DNA from: Octopus sinensis
Taxonomy: Eukaryota
Assembly: GCF_006345805.1 (NCBI RefSeq)
Contig: NC_043003.1
Location: forward strand, 84,568,001-84,632,000
Length of the DNA: 64,000 bases
Direction of reading: 5' to 3'
Part shown: piece after piece, positions 11,758 to 25,040 of the stretch
How the letters are laid out: each line of letters starts with the position of its first letter
How positions within the stretch are numbered: position 1 is the first letter of the stretch
Program-made: the position numbers and the translations under genes
Notes under the pieces: model-generated
Told to the model about the DNA's origin: nothing
Databases searched by the model: none
The model's input: the letters and a program-made list of their open reading frames with translations, nothing else

Positions 11758-12590
11758 GGAATCAAAAGGAGTGGAGAATTTCTTAGCCTTAACATCATAA
11801 ACATCGATAAGTATCAAAAATTTTTTAACAAAACACCGCCGAAATAATTTACAGCTGTACAAAAAAATGCCGACTGTTTAATGATGAGTTATTTTTAAAG
11901 GACCAGTCAACAAAAGACATCCAGGAAATAGAGTGTGTTTGTAATTTAAAGAAGACATACCACCTTAATGAGAAATGCTTAACGAAAACAATTGCAGATG
12001 GGGGAAACGTAACGCTGTTGGCGCGTAGCAAAGAAACAAACTTTGTAACAATATGAGTAAAAGCAGCCTTAAAAGCTTTGTTCAACTGTATGTCCATGTT
12101 CAGGGAAGTGGAAAGAATACTAGAGCCTTTTCTATATATATTTTACCTAAAATACTGATATGGTGACCACTTAAATATCAATTGCTTATTCATTGAGTGC
12201 ATAAATATGAGCACCTCAAATGTGTGCATTTAGTGCACCATACATAAATGGACAAAGGAAGCAATGCCAACCATGCACTACAAAAATATTCCACATGATA
12301 ACCAATCGACTCGATATTTAAATAAAAGAACTGAGATATTGTTTATGTGCTACCACGAAAACAAATTCTTGTTCACAAACCATAACGGCAAAAAAGAACC
12401 GGGGTATACACAGACAGGCCCAAGTTGAAGTTTACGGCACACCAACTTGCGATACGGAACACGAACGATAATTCTATCAGCATTTTCGTATATTCTTTGA
12501 TGATATACCGTATGGTAAATGTTTATCCAGCGAGCACCTTCAAGTAATGGTAAAGGGACCAATATCACACACGCACATACACGCACACAT
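11758..12590 (+). pseudogene. Decayed reading frame of unknown origin
   Basis: About 275 codons with roughly five stops and two frameshifts (…CRLFNDELFLKDQSTKDIQEIECVCNLKKTYHLNEKCL…EILFMCYHENKFLF…); no family recognised. Confidence 0.4.
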
Positions 12591-13879
12591 ACACACACAC
12601 ACACACATACACACATAACAAAATAACAAATACACATAGTGCTTAAAGAGTACTTCGTCATGACCACCTCCCACAGACCGCGTAAAAATCAACTATTGTA
12701 AACTTACTGAATTGTACGGCATGGATATACGTAAGCAAAACTTTTTTTACAAACGTTCTCAAACATATTGCTCAAAAACACACTAATATTGTTATTTCGC
12801 AATACTTATCTCAACGTTATCTCTAAACCTGCACGACATAGCCACTAAGTCTATCCCCACCCGTATCACACCCTAAAAGTAGTAAACATTGAATAATGAA
12901 TGAATGTCGTCTTAGATACAGTCTGTGTATAAAAGAAAACCACAGTCAAGACTAGAATCCCTTTGATTATAGACCTATCCAGTTAATGATGACCTGGTGT
13001 TAAATAACAACAATAGCATACATAACAGTGATTCTGAAGATGACAAAAAGCAGCCACCCACCTAAATGTATTCAGCCGCCCCTCCTCTTTATTAATGAAA
13101 TGGCAAAATAGATTTTATGTCTATATAATTCTTCCTTTATAAAGATGATTGACAAGTTTATAGTGTTGGAAACTGTCTAAATTTTATTATAATACCTTTT
13201 TGTCCACCCACTATTCAATCCTCACAGACCCACCTTATTTATGTGTCTTAATGTGTGTATATGTGTGTGTGTGTGTGTGTGCGTGTGTATGTGTATGAGT
13301 ATGTGTGTGTGTGTGTGCACATGTATGTGTGTATGCGTGTGTGTGTCTGTGTGTACACGCAATACACGCAAAACATTCTCATACACAGATATAAACAGTT
13401 CTATAATTACACACACAGCTCATAATTAATACCTATTTTCACATCCGTCGGATTCATTATTTATACACGCCTACACACATACACTCTCAGACATAACTTG
13501 TACACATACATGTCTATGTAACATATACATACACTCATAAACTAAGAAGATACATACACTTAAATACACCCTTACAGATATAAACAGTCACACAAGGTAC
13601 ATATACATGCGCAATCTTTAATTATTTTATTATTTTCCCCGTTTTAGTCATTGGATTGCAGCCACGCTGGAGCATCGTATTCGATGGTTTTAGTCGATCA
13701 CGTGGGCCCCAGAACTACGTTAGTCAGTTACACCCATTTACAGTGTTACCACATTTCTGTGAACTACATATACAGGGATTGCATATATATCAGTGTGTAT
13801 ATGCGTATGTATGTATGTATGTATGTATGTATGTATGTATGTATGTATGTATGTATGTATGGTTCTTCTATTTTTTAAT

Positions 13880-14545
13880 TATTATAAATCTTCCACTGAG
13901 GAGGGAGCCGGTTTCCAACAAAGATACAAGGCTCCATCTTTGGGATGTAGTTAACACAGATAAATTCACATTTGGCACTTGAGAAAAGTCTTCCATACTT
14001 TTACTGTTCCACTCACAGATTGAACTTGTAATGTACGAATTGGCCGGTCAGTTTCTCTTTCTGAAAATCCCAGTTTATCCAGATTCTCCTTTAAGCATTT
14101 ACTAACAAAATCCAGTGCTCCAATTAATATTGGTATGAATATGAATTCAAAGTCTGGATATAGAAGATGGAGGTTTCGAAGCAGTTGTCCATAGATATCC
14201 TCTTTTTCTTTGATTTTCATAGAGATATTTACATCTGCAGGGCAGCTGACTTCTATGATGGTACATACCGTTGCCTTTCTTTCCCAAACAACAATATCCA
14301 ACCTGTTATGCTTACATTTGACAGAAGTTTTGATGGGAATATTCCACCAGTATTCCTTGAGTTCATGTTTATAAATGTATTCCGTAATAGAGGGATTTTC
14401 TAAGTTTATTTCAGGATAGTCCTTTTTGCGGAGGATACCGAAATGGACATGGCCAGTCTGAAGGAAGCGGCCCAGGATAGAACTGACTGGAGGACACTGA
14501 TCCAACGAGTGACCGAGAGTCGACTTCGACTGAGCGGATAGAGAG

Positions 14546-14607
<62 letters not shown>

Positions 14608-15495
14608 CGTAACGACATTTTAGGACAGCTGCTAATCACATGCGTAATATCTCCCACAGAAACTTGACATAGCCCACACATGCGGTTGCACCTTGGGATT
14701 TCAAGAGCACCACTGTCTCTCTTGTTCACTAGGTACTTTGTGGAAATCTTCTGTTCCTGGATTGCAAACGCTCAGCCTTCAAAGTGTGATGTGAAGTAGT
14801 GGTCTTGTGTCCAAGAGAGGCTGCGCTTTATGTCAACTCTACTGTCTTCTTCAAGCTTCCGGGCAACATACCCATGCATGTTTTTTTTGTGCGCCGAGGG
14901 CTTTCCATCCAGGTATTCTCTGAGATAAGAGACCCAGCTGTTTTGGGGCTGTATAGGAGATCATCAGGAAGAGAGTGTTTCTTGAGGAGTTCACTGCCAA
15001 TTCGTCACTTCAGGACTGCATAATATATTCATTTTTGCTGCTGTTTTTAGCAGGTGCTGCCTGAGTGATACCATGCGGCATTCGACGTCCGTCTGCACTG
15101 ATCTCAGGCCTCTACCACCTTTATTTCTTCTTATGTAGAGCCTATCGACATCACTGTTTCTGTGGAAGTTCCCAGTTGTCAGGATTTTACGGGTTTTGAT
15201 ATCTATGGAGTGGATTTCCTCTACAGGCCATTCAAGTATCCCAAATGTTTGGATCAGTACTGGTACTGCAATGCATTGCGGGATATTGTTTTGTTGTAAG
15301 AGGAGAGTTCCAACTGCCATATTTTCTTAAGTCTGGTGTAATATTCTCGGGTCACTTTATCTTTATTTACAGTACCTTCATATGATATATTTTCGTTTGT
15401 GCCTAGGTACTTGTAACATTCTTTTTGTGGAATGAGGGAGACAGAGAGACCGTTGATGCATAGGTTTTGGGTTTGGGGAACTGACATTCCTATGT
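13880..15495 (-). mobile_element. 5'-truncated R4/Dong/NeSL-type non-LTR retrotransposon (RT C-terminus, CCHC knuckle, RLE endonuclease)
   Basis: YKYLG; DVDRLYIRRNKGGRGL; CGLCQ..GDITHVISSCPKMS; NRLDIVVWE...IIEVSCPAD.N...K.KEKEDIY (PD-(D/E)xK-type REL). Frameshifted. Confidence 0.85.
14431..14604 (+). mobile_element. 3' end of an RTE-clade LINE with (GA)n tail, inserted antisense into the R4-type element
   Basis: Translates EDTEMDMASLKEAAQDRTDWRTLIQRVTESRLRLSG*, typical of an RTE C-terminus, followed by (GA)n. Confidence 0.8.
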
Positions 15496-15630
15496 ATGCA
15501 TGTATGTATGCATGTATGTATGTATGTATGTATGTATGTATGTATGTATGTATGTATGTATGTATGTATGTATGCATGTATGTATGTGTATGTATGTAAC
15601 TACGTATGTTTGTATGTATATATGTATGTA
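15492..15630. repeat. (TATG)n microsatellite; similar arrays at 13803-13860, 16060-16228 (with TAGG) and 16629-16768
   Basis: Direct reading. Confidence 0.95.
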
Positions 15631-17596
15631 TTTTACGCTTTTTTTTAGATTTATTTAAGTGCTTAATGGAGTTCAACCCGGTCGAACAAAGCGACAGGCC
15701 TTCTTTTAAGAGAGTTCCTGGTATTTGTAAATATGTGGTTAAGTCGATGTATGCATATATGTAGCTGTATGCATGTGCACCTGTGTTCTGTGTGAACGTG
15801 TCTCTTTTGTGCTTAGGTGTTTGTGCATGTGTGTGCATTATTACATTTTACATGTGTGTTCTTGTAAATATGCACAAATGTGTGTATAAATTCCTAAAAA
15901 AATATCAGATGGAGAATTTTGGGAACGTTTTACAGATTTTCACTCTGCTGCTGATTGACTGAATTTGGAGGATGCACGTCAGTTTCTTTTTCTCTTTCTT
16001 AGCAAAAACCTAGTTTTTCTAGGTTTTGGAAAAGTGTATATGTATGTATTTATGCATGCAGGCATACAGGTATGTATGTATGTATGTATGTAGGTAGGTA
16101 GGTAGGTAGGTAGGTAGGTAGGTAGGTAGGTAGGTAGGCAGGTAGGTAGGTAGGTAGGTAGGTAGGTAGGTAGGTAGGTAGGTAGGTAGGTAGCTAGGTA
16201 GCTAGGTAGGTAGGCCGGTAGGTAGGTGCATATGTGCTAATGTTGTCGCAGGCTCTAGAATGTATGGGTGTCATGATCTAAATCGCAAATTAAAGATCTC
16301 CAAAATGTCCAATGTCATTCTTTGTATATCCGGTTTTGTATCAGGGTGACTTTCTCTTATAGACTTGAGCGGTGTCCCATTCACTGGTTTGTGTCTGGAT
16401 CATGTCATCTGGGTGGAGTGGCTCAGTGAGGTATTGTGAAAGCCTTGTTGAACCTCAGATTTTAGGTAGCACGATCGCCGACTAGGCGAGATACCTGGTC
16501 GAGTAGAAGAGCATCGCGATGAAAATAGAAGCTGCAAGCGCGAGCCCGAATGATACCGACTGCGGATGCAATATCGTCATGTACAAACATTTCTGACATT
16601 TTGCATGGGCAATAGTCAGTGATGGTCTTCCTCGGTCATGTATGTATGTATGCATGTATGTATGTATGTATGTATGTATGTATGTATGTATGTATGTATG
16701 TATGCATGCATGTATGTATGTATGTATGTATGTATGTATGTATGTATGCATGCATGTATGTATGTATGCGTAACCAAAACCTCGGCATAGTTTCTGCCAG
16801 CCAGCCTAATTTTGCTCAAATGACATTTATATAATAAATCTCTGAGCGAGGTATATTCGAAAGCTGCATGATATCGGTGACAATCACCGACCGGTAATTG
16901 TCACACGCTGATGACGGGTCAATACGCAGAAACTCGGGTCAGTGTGTATCATGTCAGGTTGGAGATGGGAAGGATGGCTTCCCTTTGCAAATACTGATAG
17001 GACACAGAAGGTGTGTCAATAGCCAGCTGGAGGAGGTGTCCTCCTGGGGCTACAAGCTACAGTAGCATCCACCTTTAAGGGTTAGCCACATTTAAGTGGC
17101 AAATATACTTCACGACATTTGTTATCTTTGAGTTATAAGAGATAACGGTTGCCGAAGAGTTTGCCCGATGCAATCGAAGCAAGTCTCTTCACCACGCAGC
17201 TCTGCTTGTGTCCATATACACGTATTTACATACTCAGGCACGCGAACGACATCAATATGACACGTAAAATTGTTAGTATATCTGGTAAAACGCTTAGCAA
17301 CATTTTGTCCATCTTTACTTCCTGAGTTCAAATGTTACCAGTGTAGAAAAAATAAATATCAGTTGAGCACTGGAGTCGATCTAATCGGACTTACACCTCC
17401 CACAAATTTGCTGACCCAGTACCTAAATTTGAAACCAACATGGTACGTAGATTTACATAGAGGCCTATGCCCAAGTATTATTTTCTAACACAGATAAAAA
17501 CACCCTACATACATAATAACCACACACAGATATACACATATACACTTATTCACGGACATGTATACGCAATATGCGTATGCACACACACATTTGTAT

Positions 17597-17990
17597 GAGT
17601 GGCTGTGTGGTAAGTAGTTTGTTTACCAACCACATGGTTCCGGGTTCAGTCCCACCGCGTGGCACCTTGGGCAAGTGTCTTCTACTATAGCCACGGGCCG
17701 ACCAAAGCCTTGTGAGTGAATTTGGTAGACGGAAACTGAAAGAAGCCCGTCGTATATATGTATATATATATGCGTGTGTGTTTGTGTGTCTGTGTTTGTC
17801 CCCCTAGCATTGCTTGACAACCGATGCTGGTGTGTTTATGTCCCCGTTACTTAGCGGTTCGGCAAAAGAGACCGATGGAATAAGTACTGGGCTTACAAAA
17901 GAATAAGTGCCGGGGTTGAGTTGCTCGATTAAAGGCGGTGCTCCAGCATGGCCGCAGTCAAATGACTGAAACAAGTAAAAGAGTAAAAGA
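17597..17990 (+). mobile_element. Full-length family A SINE
   Basis: GAGTGGCTGTGTGGTAAG head through to GAAACAAGTAAAAGAG tail. Confidence 0.9.
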
Positions 17991-18093
17991 GAGAGTATAT
18001 ATATATAAACACACACACACTCACACACAGACACACATTCACTTCCTTAACTACATGAATTCTAAATTCACACTAGCGCATGTCGAAAGCACA

Positions 18094-18125
<32 letters not shown>

Positions 18126-18731
18126 ACACACACACACACTCTTACTCGTTTGTTAAATACAAACTGATAGAGCGATATATCCTTACACACAATCAGAGGC
18201 CTGTCAGATATGCATGTTCTTATACACGGATACATACAGGCACACTTACCCATACACACCTACACGCACATTTCCATTCTTACCCACGCATTCACAGACG
18301 TATTATATATAGACACTTACACACACATGACTGCTAACATACACATATTTTGTCACAAGTATTCACTAACAAATATCAAATACTCACACATACATTCACA
18401 CACACACACATACAATAAAAGTACAGTTTCAACATTCTATGTCGAGTAATCTGACGACAATCTGAGTTATATGTTCGAGGGGGGGGCGAGGGAGAGAGAC
18501 TAAGAGAGGGAGAGAGACTGAGAGACTGAGAGAAAGAGAGAGAGAGAAAAGGAAGGTGTAAGATGACGGAGAAAACAAGAGAGAGGGTGAATGACTGTGA
18601 GGGAAAGAGAGAATTAGCAATGTTAATTCATGGTTGGGTGGAGAATGTGAACAATTCTGAAATATGTACATGTACCTCTCTCTCTCTCTTCCCTTTTCTC
18701 TCTGTCGCTATATATATATACATACATATAT

Positions 18732-18875
<144 letters not shown>

Positions 18876-19350
18876 GATTTTCTTCAGGGGCAAATATGTG
18901 ACCCAGGAGAAAATCATTATGTATGTAATTGTCCCTGAAGAAAGCCGTTAGACTTGAAACGATGCTACAGTCATAGAGCTCATTTATTTGACAAAAGTGT
19001 ATATGTATATATATACTCTGCATGCTAAAATATATTAAATTCTTTCTTGTATGACTGATCTTATCAGCCATTGGATTAAAAGTAGCATATATCTGTGTAT
19101 GTACCTGTGGGTGTGTATATGTATAATTATAGATACATACACACACACATATGTATACACACATGGATGCGAATAGATTGAATGATATTAATTTCTCACA
19201 AGATGGAATACATTTTTGTTGATCTTACCTTATCAGAAAGGTATATTATATTTGTGTATATGCGTGTGAGATCGTGGTACATAGGAGGCTTATGGCTTTA
19301 CATTCATATATACACACACACACACACACACATGTATATATATATATGGC

Positions 19351-19615
19351 TTTTATCGTTTACTTGTCTCAGTCATTTCACAGCGGCCATGCTGGGGCAC
19401 GGACTTGTAGAATTCTTAGTCGAATGAATCGACCCCAGTACTTTTTTTAAGGCCTGGTACTCATTTCATAGGCCTCTTTGCCGAACCGCTAACTTACGAG
19501 GATGCAAACACACCAACACCGGTTGTCAAGCGGTGGGATGGGACAAACATAGACACAAAGGCACACACACACATAGATATACACACATACATGCATACAT
19601 ACATACATACATACA

Positions 19616-19647
<32 letters not shown>

Positions 19648-19663
19648 AACATACATACATGTG

Positions 19664-19752
<89 letters not shown>

Positions 19753-19934
19753 GTATATATATATATATATAATATATATATATTTACGCGGGCTTCTTTC
19801 AATTTCCGTTAACCAAATCCACTCCCAAGGCTATGGTCATCCCGAAGCTATAGTAGAAGAAACTTGCTCAAGGTGCCACGCATTGGGACTGAACCAGGAA
19901 CTGTGTGGTTTGGAAGCAATCTTCTTACCACACA
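19351..19934 (-). mobile_element. Family A SINE (variant subfamily) with a greatly expanded internal microsatellite
   Basis: Both halves recognisable around about 230 bp of CATA/TA repeats. Confidence 0.8.
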
Positions 19935-20127
19935 TAGGAAATAGTATCTTTTAACTTGAAAATATGTGGAAAATAAATTTTTGTAATGAGAGTTAGTTTC
20001 AGTTATTATTGTTTGGGATTGAGGGGATAAAGGTAAGTTAAAGTAAAAGGGTGTTAATTTGGATGCACTTCATGTACGGTAAGATCCGAGAGAACCATTT
20101 GATCCGGTCGAAGCGTTTACCGAACCA

Positions 20128-20757
20128 ACTCAAGCATCCTCAGGAGCCTGACATGTACTGGTTCTTCTCAGATAAGAACTTTGTCCAAGATCAAAAAAGC
20201 GAACAAGAGGAATGACAGGTGGCTCTGCACCAACCCCACTGAAGTCTCCACTTTTATTCCCATCGTTGATGATCTTGAGGGTCTTAAAGTCAATGAAACA
20301 ACCTACGTCGAAACAATGGAGGCGGTTGCCAAACACTATATTCAGAGAGTTGTTCTGTATTCCAGTAAGATTCTGTTCCCTCTCACACAGCACGTATGAC
20401 TGGATGACCGGAAATTTTCATGATCATGTTACTCCTAATATTTGACCTCCTAACTCTTCCTGATTTAATCCTCACCCCTGGACAAGCACGTCTGAGGGAT
20501 ACCAAGCATGCCGACAATATCAAGGACTCGTTCGCGCTGGCTACTGGGGAGGTTATGACCAACATTAATAAAGATCACCTGATCAACGCAGTTAGTTGTT
20601 TCAGAAGTCGTATCGAGGCAGTAATCGAAGCTGATGGCGGTTTTATTGAATAGTCCTTTGATACATGTATGTAAGGTTGTATGTACCAAATTTTATAGAA
20701 ATATATTGTTTATTCTAATAAATACTTTTGTTTTCCAAACAGCTAACACACCCTGTA
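20128..20757 (+). pseudogene. Tc1/mariner-superfamily (maT-like) transposase remnant with right terminus
   Basis: WFFSDKNF..DQ..NKRNDRW; VFQ*DSVPSHTA; PPNS-PDLNP; FRSRIEAVIEADGGFIE*; ends in ...CACCCTGTA. Confidence 0.7.
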
Positions 20758-21130
20758 TATGACGAATGCCCAAATAATAAAAGAGATGGTGATATGGAGA
20801 AAGAGAAAGAGAGAGAGATAGGTATTGAATCGTAGATGATTATTAGAAAGAGGACGTGCAAGATGCGAAACGGTCAATTATTAATCAATATATATGAATA
20901 CCAATCACAATTGCTAGATGTCATTATCTTCTGTTAATTTTAATTATACTTCAAAGAACAATGGTATAAATGTGTGGTTGTTTGAGTTTTGATGTATCTG
21001 GCTGGGTGCAGATTAAGTATGTGGGTTCTAAAATACTTTTACCTGATTGTGTGAGTGGGAGAGAATGGTTCTGTGAATATGCGACGCTAATATATAGGTG
21101 TGAAATTTGGATGGAATGTATATCGTATTA

Positions 21131-21209
21131 TACTCTTTACTCTCTTTACTCTTTTACTTGTTTCAGTCATTTGACTGCGGCCATGCTGGAGCACCGCCTT
21201 TAGTCGAGC
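21131..21209 (-). mobile_element. 3' fragment of a family A SINE
   Basis: Near-identical to the tails of the full copies. Confidence 0.8.
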
Positions 21210-21919
21210 CCTATATAGGGAAAGTAACTGACACCTTTATAGTCAACAGAAACGCGGAAGCAACGAACATAATTACAGTTAAACAGCTTGCCCCCGGGAT
21301 GCTACCTGCACAAAAATAATAGTCAGCTATTATTTTAATATAATGAGGAAAAGAAATTCATTTTATTCATATTTATTCGGTGGGTTGGAGAAAACGTCAG
21401 CTCAATGATTAATAATCATTTAATCTTGGGTTGCTAATTATAAGTGACATACGAACTTTGCCAAGTGGTAAAATAACGAAATTATCACCTTCCATGCCAC
21501 GAAACAAGTTTCATTCGATTACACTCTCTTTTACGGAGTCAATTCTAGTAATGTGTTTGCTAATCTGCGTTTCATGTATTTATCTCATTCAAAATAAAAT
21601 TTAAAAAAAAACAGAAGAAATTACTGGTTTAGTTAGGGGAGAAAGGGCAAGAACCTATTGACAACCCCCAATACTTATGAAAGAAAGTGAGGAAGATATA
21701 GCCATATTGACTCTAATGCTTGCAACATTGGGGGATCTGATGAAGCTATTAAAAAATGGAGTAACAGATTTTTGGGTATCTTCTAAAATGTTTCAACTTC
21801 TTCCTTCAAATATCATTTGCTCTGTTATCAGATTGTAATGAAAGTTTTTTTCTGAGTTTCAAATGCGTTACGGATTATATAGATTTTTGGTTTTTCGCAA
21901 TATGGAAAGCAAATTTATC

Positions 21920-22385
21920 TAATGACCTCAAAATACAGTTTTTTTTTTATAGTTGCTGTAGAAAGCATATTGATATATGGATCTGAATGCTGGACACTCA
22001 CAGAAGTAATAGAAACCAGACTAAATGTAAACATACAGACTAAATGTAAGCATATGCCAAAATGTAAAAGAAAAGGAAAAACATTTCTTGGAAGTAACAT
22101 TTACCAAGTAGCATACTATATGGAAATGCACCATTTTTAACAGAAATCACCAAACAACTTCTAGGTGTAAGACACTATTAGTAAAAAAAGTATGAAGTTG
22201 TACGTCAGCAGTTAATATGGGAAACAATGCGTGGTAAAAGGACGCAAGGCAGGCCTTTCGAACATATGTGTATCAGTTGCTAGAGGACTCAAACCTTGAA
22301 AAGATTGGGTTGCAGAACTGAAGGAGAACAGAGAAGAATGGAAGAGACTAGTCAATGGGATCCGAGTCTGCTCCACATACTTTCT
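21920..22385 (+). mobile_element. RTE-like LINE 3' remnant
   Basis: AVESILIYGSECWTLT; IWETMRGKRTQGRP; QLLEDSNL; EEWKRLVNGIR, across frameshifts. Confidence 0.7.
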
Positions 22386-22389
22386 GTTA

Positions 22390-23080
22390 TTAACGATAAC
22401 CTTCAACAACTGAATGCGGCAACAAGCTTTTCGGAGCTACGTTAATAAAATTCATTTGGCTTGTCCTGATAATAGTCATTAAGCTCGTTTTCGACTTCCT
22501 TTTTAGAAGCTAGTCCAATCCATCTAAATGGTTTCTTTAACATCTAAAAGAATGATAGATGTAACAAGGACGGAAGGATAAGTGGGTTGAGAAATTTTTT
22601 TCCTGCTGAGTTCCTCTATAATACACTTGGTTACTTATGTAGTGTGCGGAGAAGAATGTGTGTGGAGAAGAATGTCTCGTTTCTGTTGATTACAGACGGA
22701 TGATTTTTGACCAAAATTCTTTTCAGACGCCGTAGTTGTTGACTGTAAACTTCAGCTGAAATTATTCGATTATTGTTTAATGGTGTATAAGAAACGATTT
22801 CCCTGCATATTCAACCATACACTTAAAATTATTTTCTTTGGAAGAAAATCCTTCTCGGTTTTTGAGCATATTTATCGTCACGACTAAGCCACTCGTGATG
22901 GCGCTTAACAATACTATAAATCTTTCATTTCTCATACTCTCTAACAACACTGTGCACATTAAAGCACTTAGAGATTAAGTAAATACAATACCTCACAGAA
23001 ATCAACTCACTGTTGGTGATTCTCTAGAAACAGGTTGTGCGAGACAAATTTCCTTAACTTTTTTAAACCTTTTCACAATG
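22390..23080 (-). pseudogene. Degenerate mariner transposase; possible N-terminal continuation to about 23940
   Basis: KLRKFVSHNL; IISAEVYSQQLRRLKRILVKNHPSVINR; NHLDG; EVENELNDYYQDKPNEFY. Confidence 0.65.
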
Positions 23081-23084
23081 GACA

Positions 23085-23530
23085 GCCATATGGCTAGCAT
23101 TGGACTGATGTCTAAGACCCCTAAATATATTCACGGTATTTGCTACAACGACTTTTCTAGAGCCCTTAACTCGAGACAATGTAGACACCCTTTCACTTGG
23201 TTCAAATCTTTTATGGTTCGGCCTTGGTGAAAGGGGGAGTGTCTATGACTTTTCAGACCTTCCAAGCTGTTAATGCTCCGTTTAAATTGTTGGAAGCCAG
23301 CACCTGTAGAACAGATATGAGCAGAGAGACCATAGTTTCCAGAGAGCCAATGTTTCGAGGAAGAAAGACCAGGCATAGTGATTAGTGCGAGACCTGAGGT
23401 TGACGAGAGGTAGAGAAATGAGTGGAGGAGGTACAAGATTGGTCAGCTCTGAGGAACAAGGACCATAGTATTTAGACTGAAGACCCCACTTCTCAAACGG
23501 AAAACCACATTTGACAAGTATTTTCACTTA
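23085..23530 (-). mobile_element. CR1/Jockey-like LINE 3' end
   Basis: YYGPCSSELTNLVPP...HYAWSFFL...LW...FKRSINSL, typical of LINE ORF2 C-termini. Confidence 0.6.
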
Positions 23531-24024
23531 CTGCATCTACACCACAAGTACTAAGGATAAATATTGCCGTAGTTTTTGTGTTTACCTCTATGAAACTGAA
23601 AGAGTATGACATAACGAAGATGTTCTTCAGTTACATTAAACTTTGGGTCAGTTTGAACGCATTTTCTTGTACAATGCCCGAAAAGTAAAAGAAGAGCATC
23701 ACTAATGATAGCATAGCTAAACATCAGATATAGATAAAACTGAAATCTTTCTTTTCAACAAATTTGGCTCAAAGCTCGGACAGAACTTTCGTTGCAACCT
23801 AATAATTTCAACCGATGTCCTTTTTCATCATATCCAAACTCTCCATGAAATGTTACTTTTTCTCTTATCTGTAATAGTATTTCATCTAATAAGGATTCTC
23901 TTCTCCCATATTTTTAATTATATTTTTCGCAAAGCTAGCAGCTCTTACATACTAGAGCAATAGTTATTCTCGGGTTGCTCTCGAACTCTCTGGCTTTCTC
24001 TTGTTCTCCGTCGCTCCTCTCTCT

Positions 24025-24095
<71 letters not shown>

Positions 24096-24184
24096 AGTAG
24101 GTGAACACCGTTCAATCATCTATTACCTTTCTACATTCAGAGCATGGATGAACACTTTCATATTGTAATGTTTCTGTTACACAC

Positions 24185-24550
24185 AAGGCGGTGAGCTGGC
24201 AGAAATGTTAGCACGCCGGGCGAAATGCTTAGCGGTATTTTGTCTGCCGTTACGTTCTGTGTTCAAATTCCGCCGAGGTCGACTTTGCCTTTCATCCTTT
24301 CCGGGTTGATAAATTAAGTACCAGTTATGCACTGGGGTCGATATAATCGACATAATCCATTTGTCTGTCCCTGTTTGTTCCCTTTATGTTTAGCCCCTTG
24401 TAAGCAATAAAGAAATAGGCATTTCCTCCTTCTTTCTGAGTTTGAATTTCCTCCTTCGGGTCGATAAAATAAGTACCAGTTGATTACTGGCAGCGATGTT
24501 ATCGACTTTCCCCCCACCTTGATATTGCTGGCCTTGTGACGAAATTTGAA
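24185..24550 (+). mobile_element. Full family C SINE followed directly by a partial second copy
   Basis: AAGGCGGTGAGCTGGCAGAA head, GTTCAAATTCC B-box, tail ...CAATAAAGAAATAGG running into a second core. Confidence 0.85.
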
Positions 24551-25040
24551 ACTGGTATTTCAATTACTCACGTCTATCATATCAAGTTATGCTCTTGTCA
24601 AACTATACGCAAGAGTAGCTAAACACCAAGTAAATAAGGTGGTAACGATAAAGGCATTTAATTTTAACACTAGTTTAAAATTCAGTATACTTATATATGG
24701 AGGCACACGCACATACATACATACATACATACAGATAGACAGACACACACACACACACACACACACAGACATAGACCATATCTATAATGCATTAGCTAAC
24801 ACGTTATGTTAAGACAAATGTAAGCGTTAAATATTCATAAAAAATATTTCATAGGCAGAAAAAGAAAAAGAGGGAACAACTACCAAAAGGAGGGTCAAAT
24901 AAGCAAATTGGCCGGCCCAGTTTACTTTAAGGTCCGATATTAGTGGATTTAAAGCCGTGTGTTCATGGCTATTTGGAGAAGGTGCCCAGTTACTGGCGAA
25001 GCACCGAATAGTATCGAAAGATTGCTGTATAAATCACCCC

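Noticed and set aside
18935-18972. Hammerhead-like CUGAAGA...GAAAC...GUC
   Set aside because: The core and a 3-bp stem II are present but stem I cannot form; at most a dead remnant. Similar incomplete motifs near 38985, 41960 and 54600 were also rejected.
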